Shown piece after piece: positions 62,895 to 64,000 of a stretch of 64,000 nt of DNA (its first letter is position 1; every line of letters begins with the position of its first letter). Under the pieces are notes generated by a model. The model was not told the origin of the DNA and did no database searches. It saw nothing but the letters and a program-made list of their open reading frames with translations. This DNA is from Leucoraja ocellata (taxonomy: Eukaryota), in NCBI GenBank assembly GCA_036785375.1, contig JAWMAR010000416.1:930001-994000 (forward strand). The letters run 5' to 3'. A program made the translations under genes and the position numbers.

Positions 62895-63265
62895 ACCACC
62901 ATTCTACATCCAGGTCCCTCAGGTCGGCCGACTTGGGGCGACTGACTATCCCGTGGTCCAAGTTTAAGCTCAGGGGCGACCACACTTTTGCGGTTGCAGC
63001 ACCTAGACTGTGGAATAGCATCCCTCTTTTCATCAGAACTGCCCCCTCCATCGACTCCTTTAAGTCTAGACTTAAAACCTATTTCTACTCACAAGCGTTT
63101 CTTGAGGTCCTCTGAGGGAGCGCTGTTTGTCTGTATTTATTTATGTATTGTTAGATCTGTGTACCATTGTATGAAGCATGTTAGTACCTGCACTGATGTA
63201 AAGCACTTTGGTCAACGAGAGTTGTTTTTAAATGTGCTATATAAATAAAATTGACTTGACTTGAC
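62895..63265 (+). mobile_element. L2 LINE 3' fragment
   Basis: RSLRSAD…GDHTFAVAAPRLWNSIP…SFKSRLKTYFY, with AAAGCACTTTG…GCTATATAAAT(TTGAC)n tail. Confidence 0.85.
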
Positions 63266-64000
63266 ATCATATAACAGGCACATTGACAGGTACTTGAATG
63301 AGCAAAGGGGAGGAGGATATGGAATTAATACAGGCAGGTGGGCTTACATCTCAGTGGTATGAATATTGATTTCTCTAACTTAAATTAACCCCTGCATTCC
63401 CTCTCCCTCCCTCCCTCACCCAAGTCGTACCAGCTTCAAAGTTGTCTTGTTGAGTCTCATTGTCCGTAACTCATTTCACCAAGCACACAGCTAACAATGG
63501 CCTGTTTCATTTATCATCATTACTTGTTTGCATATCTTTCATTCATTTGTTCTATATCTCTTTACCTTACCATATATATCTCTTGTTTCCCTTTTCCCTG
63601 ACTTTCGGTCTGAAGAAGGATCTCGACCTGAAACATCACCTATTCTTTTTCTGCAGAGATGCTGTCTGACCCGTTGAGTTATTGCAGTTTTTTGTGTCTT
63701 TCTTTGGGATTAGCATAGATAGGTATGATGATCAACATAGAAACAGTCAGGCGAAGGCCCTGTTTCTTTGCTGTACATCTCAATGACATCCTAGTAAACC
63801 TTATCAGCACTCTGTTCAGTAGAATCATATAATTTCTATAGTGTGGTGACCAGAACTGCACATAATATTGTAGGTATCTGGCAGAGAGGTGGGACCTAAA
63901 GTAGCAGTGTGGCAGATCAAAATGTTGAGCAAACTATAGGTTAAAGAAACTAAGTTCAGAAGACGGACAGGCAAGGGCAGTGTAAAGGTTTGATTTACTA

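Overview
Repeat-dense vertebrate genomic DNA, most likely a cartilaginous fish (skate/ray). This is inferred from HE1/V-SINE-type tRNA SINEs, HER1/CR1 LINE tails and abundant Penelope remnants. The only host gene is an insulin receptor substrate 2 (IRS2)-like gene on the minus strand. It has a large coding exon (ATG at 9482 to a GT donor after 6284), a candidate tiny terminal exon at 3657-3650, and a CpG-rich promoter with an IRE/E-box/CRE module. The ~54 kb upstream is mostly nested transposable elements: CR1, Rex/Babar and L2 LINEs, V-SINEs, Penelope pseudo-LTRs with minimal hammerhead-ribozyme motifs, Harbinger and hAT MITEs, two Helitrons and a rearranged Gypsy element. The most striking signal is a 3.4-kb P-element-like insertion (34-bp perfect TIRs, 8-bp TSD). 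It contains three 28-36-bp CAAAGAT...TTTG palindromes, each flanked by its own 8-bp duplication, which look like P-type excision footprints. Coordinates for degraded repeats are approximate, and no database searches were run.
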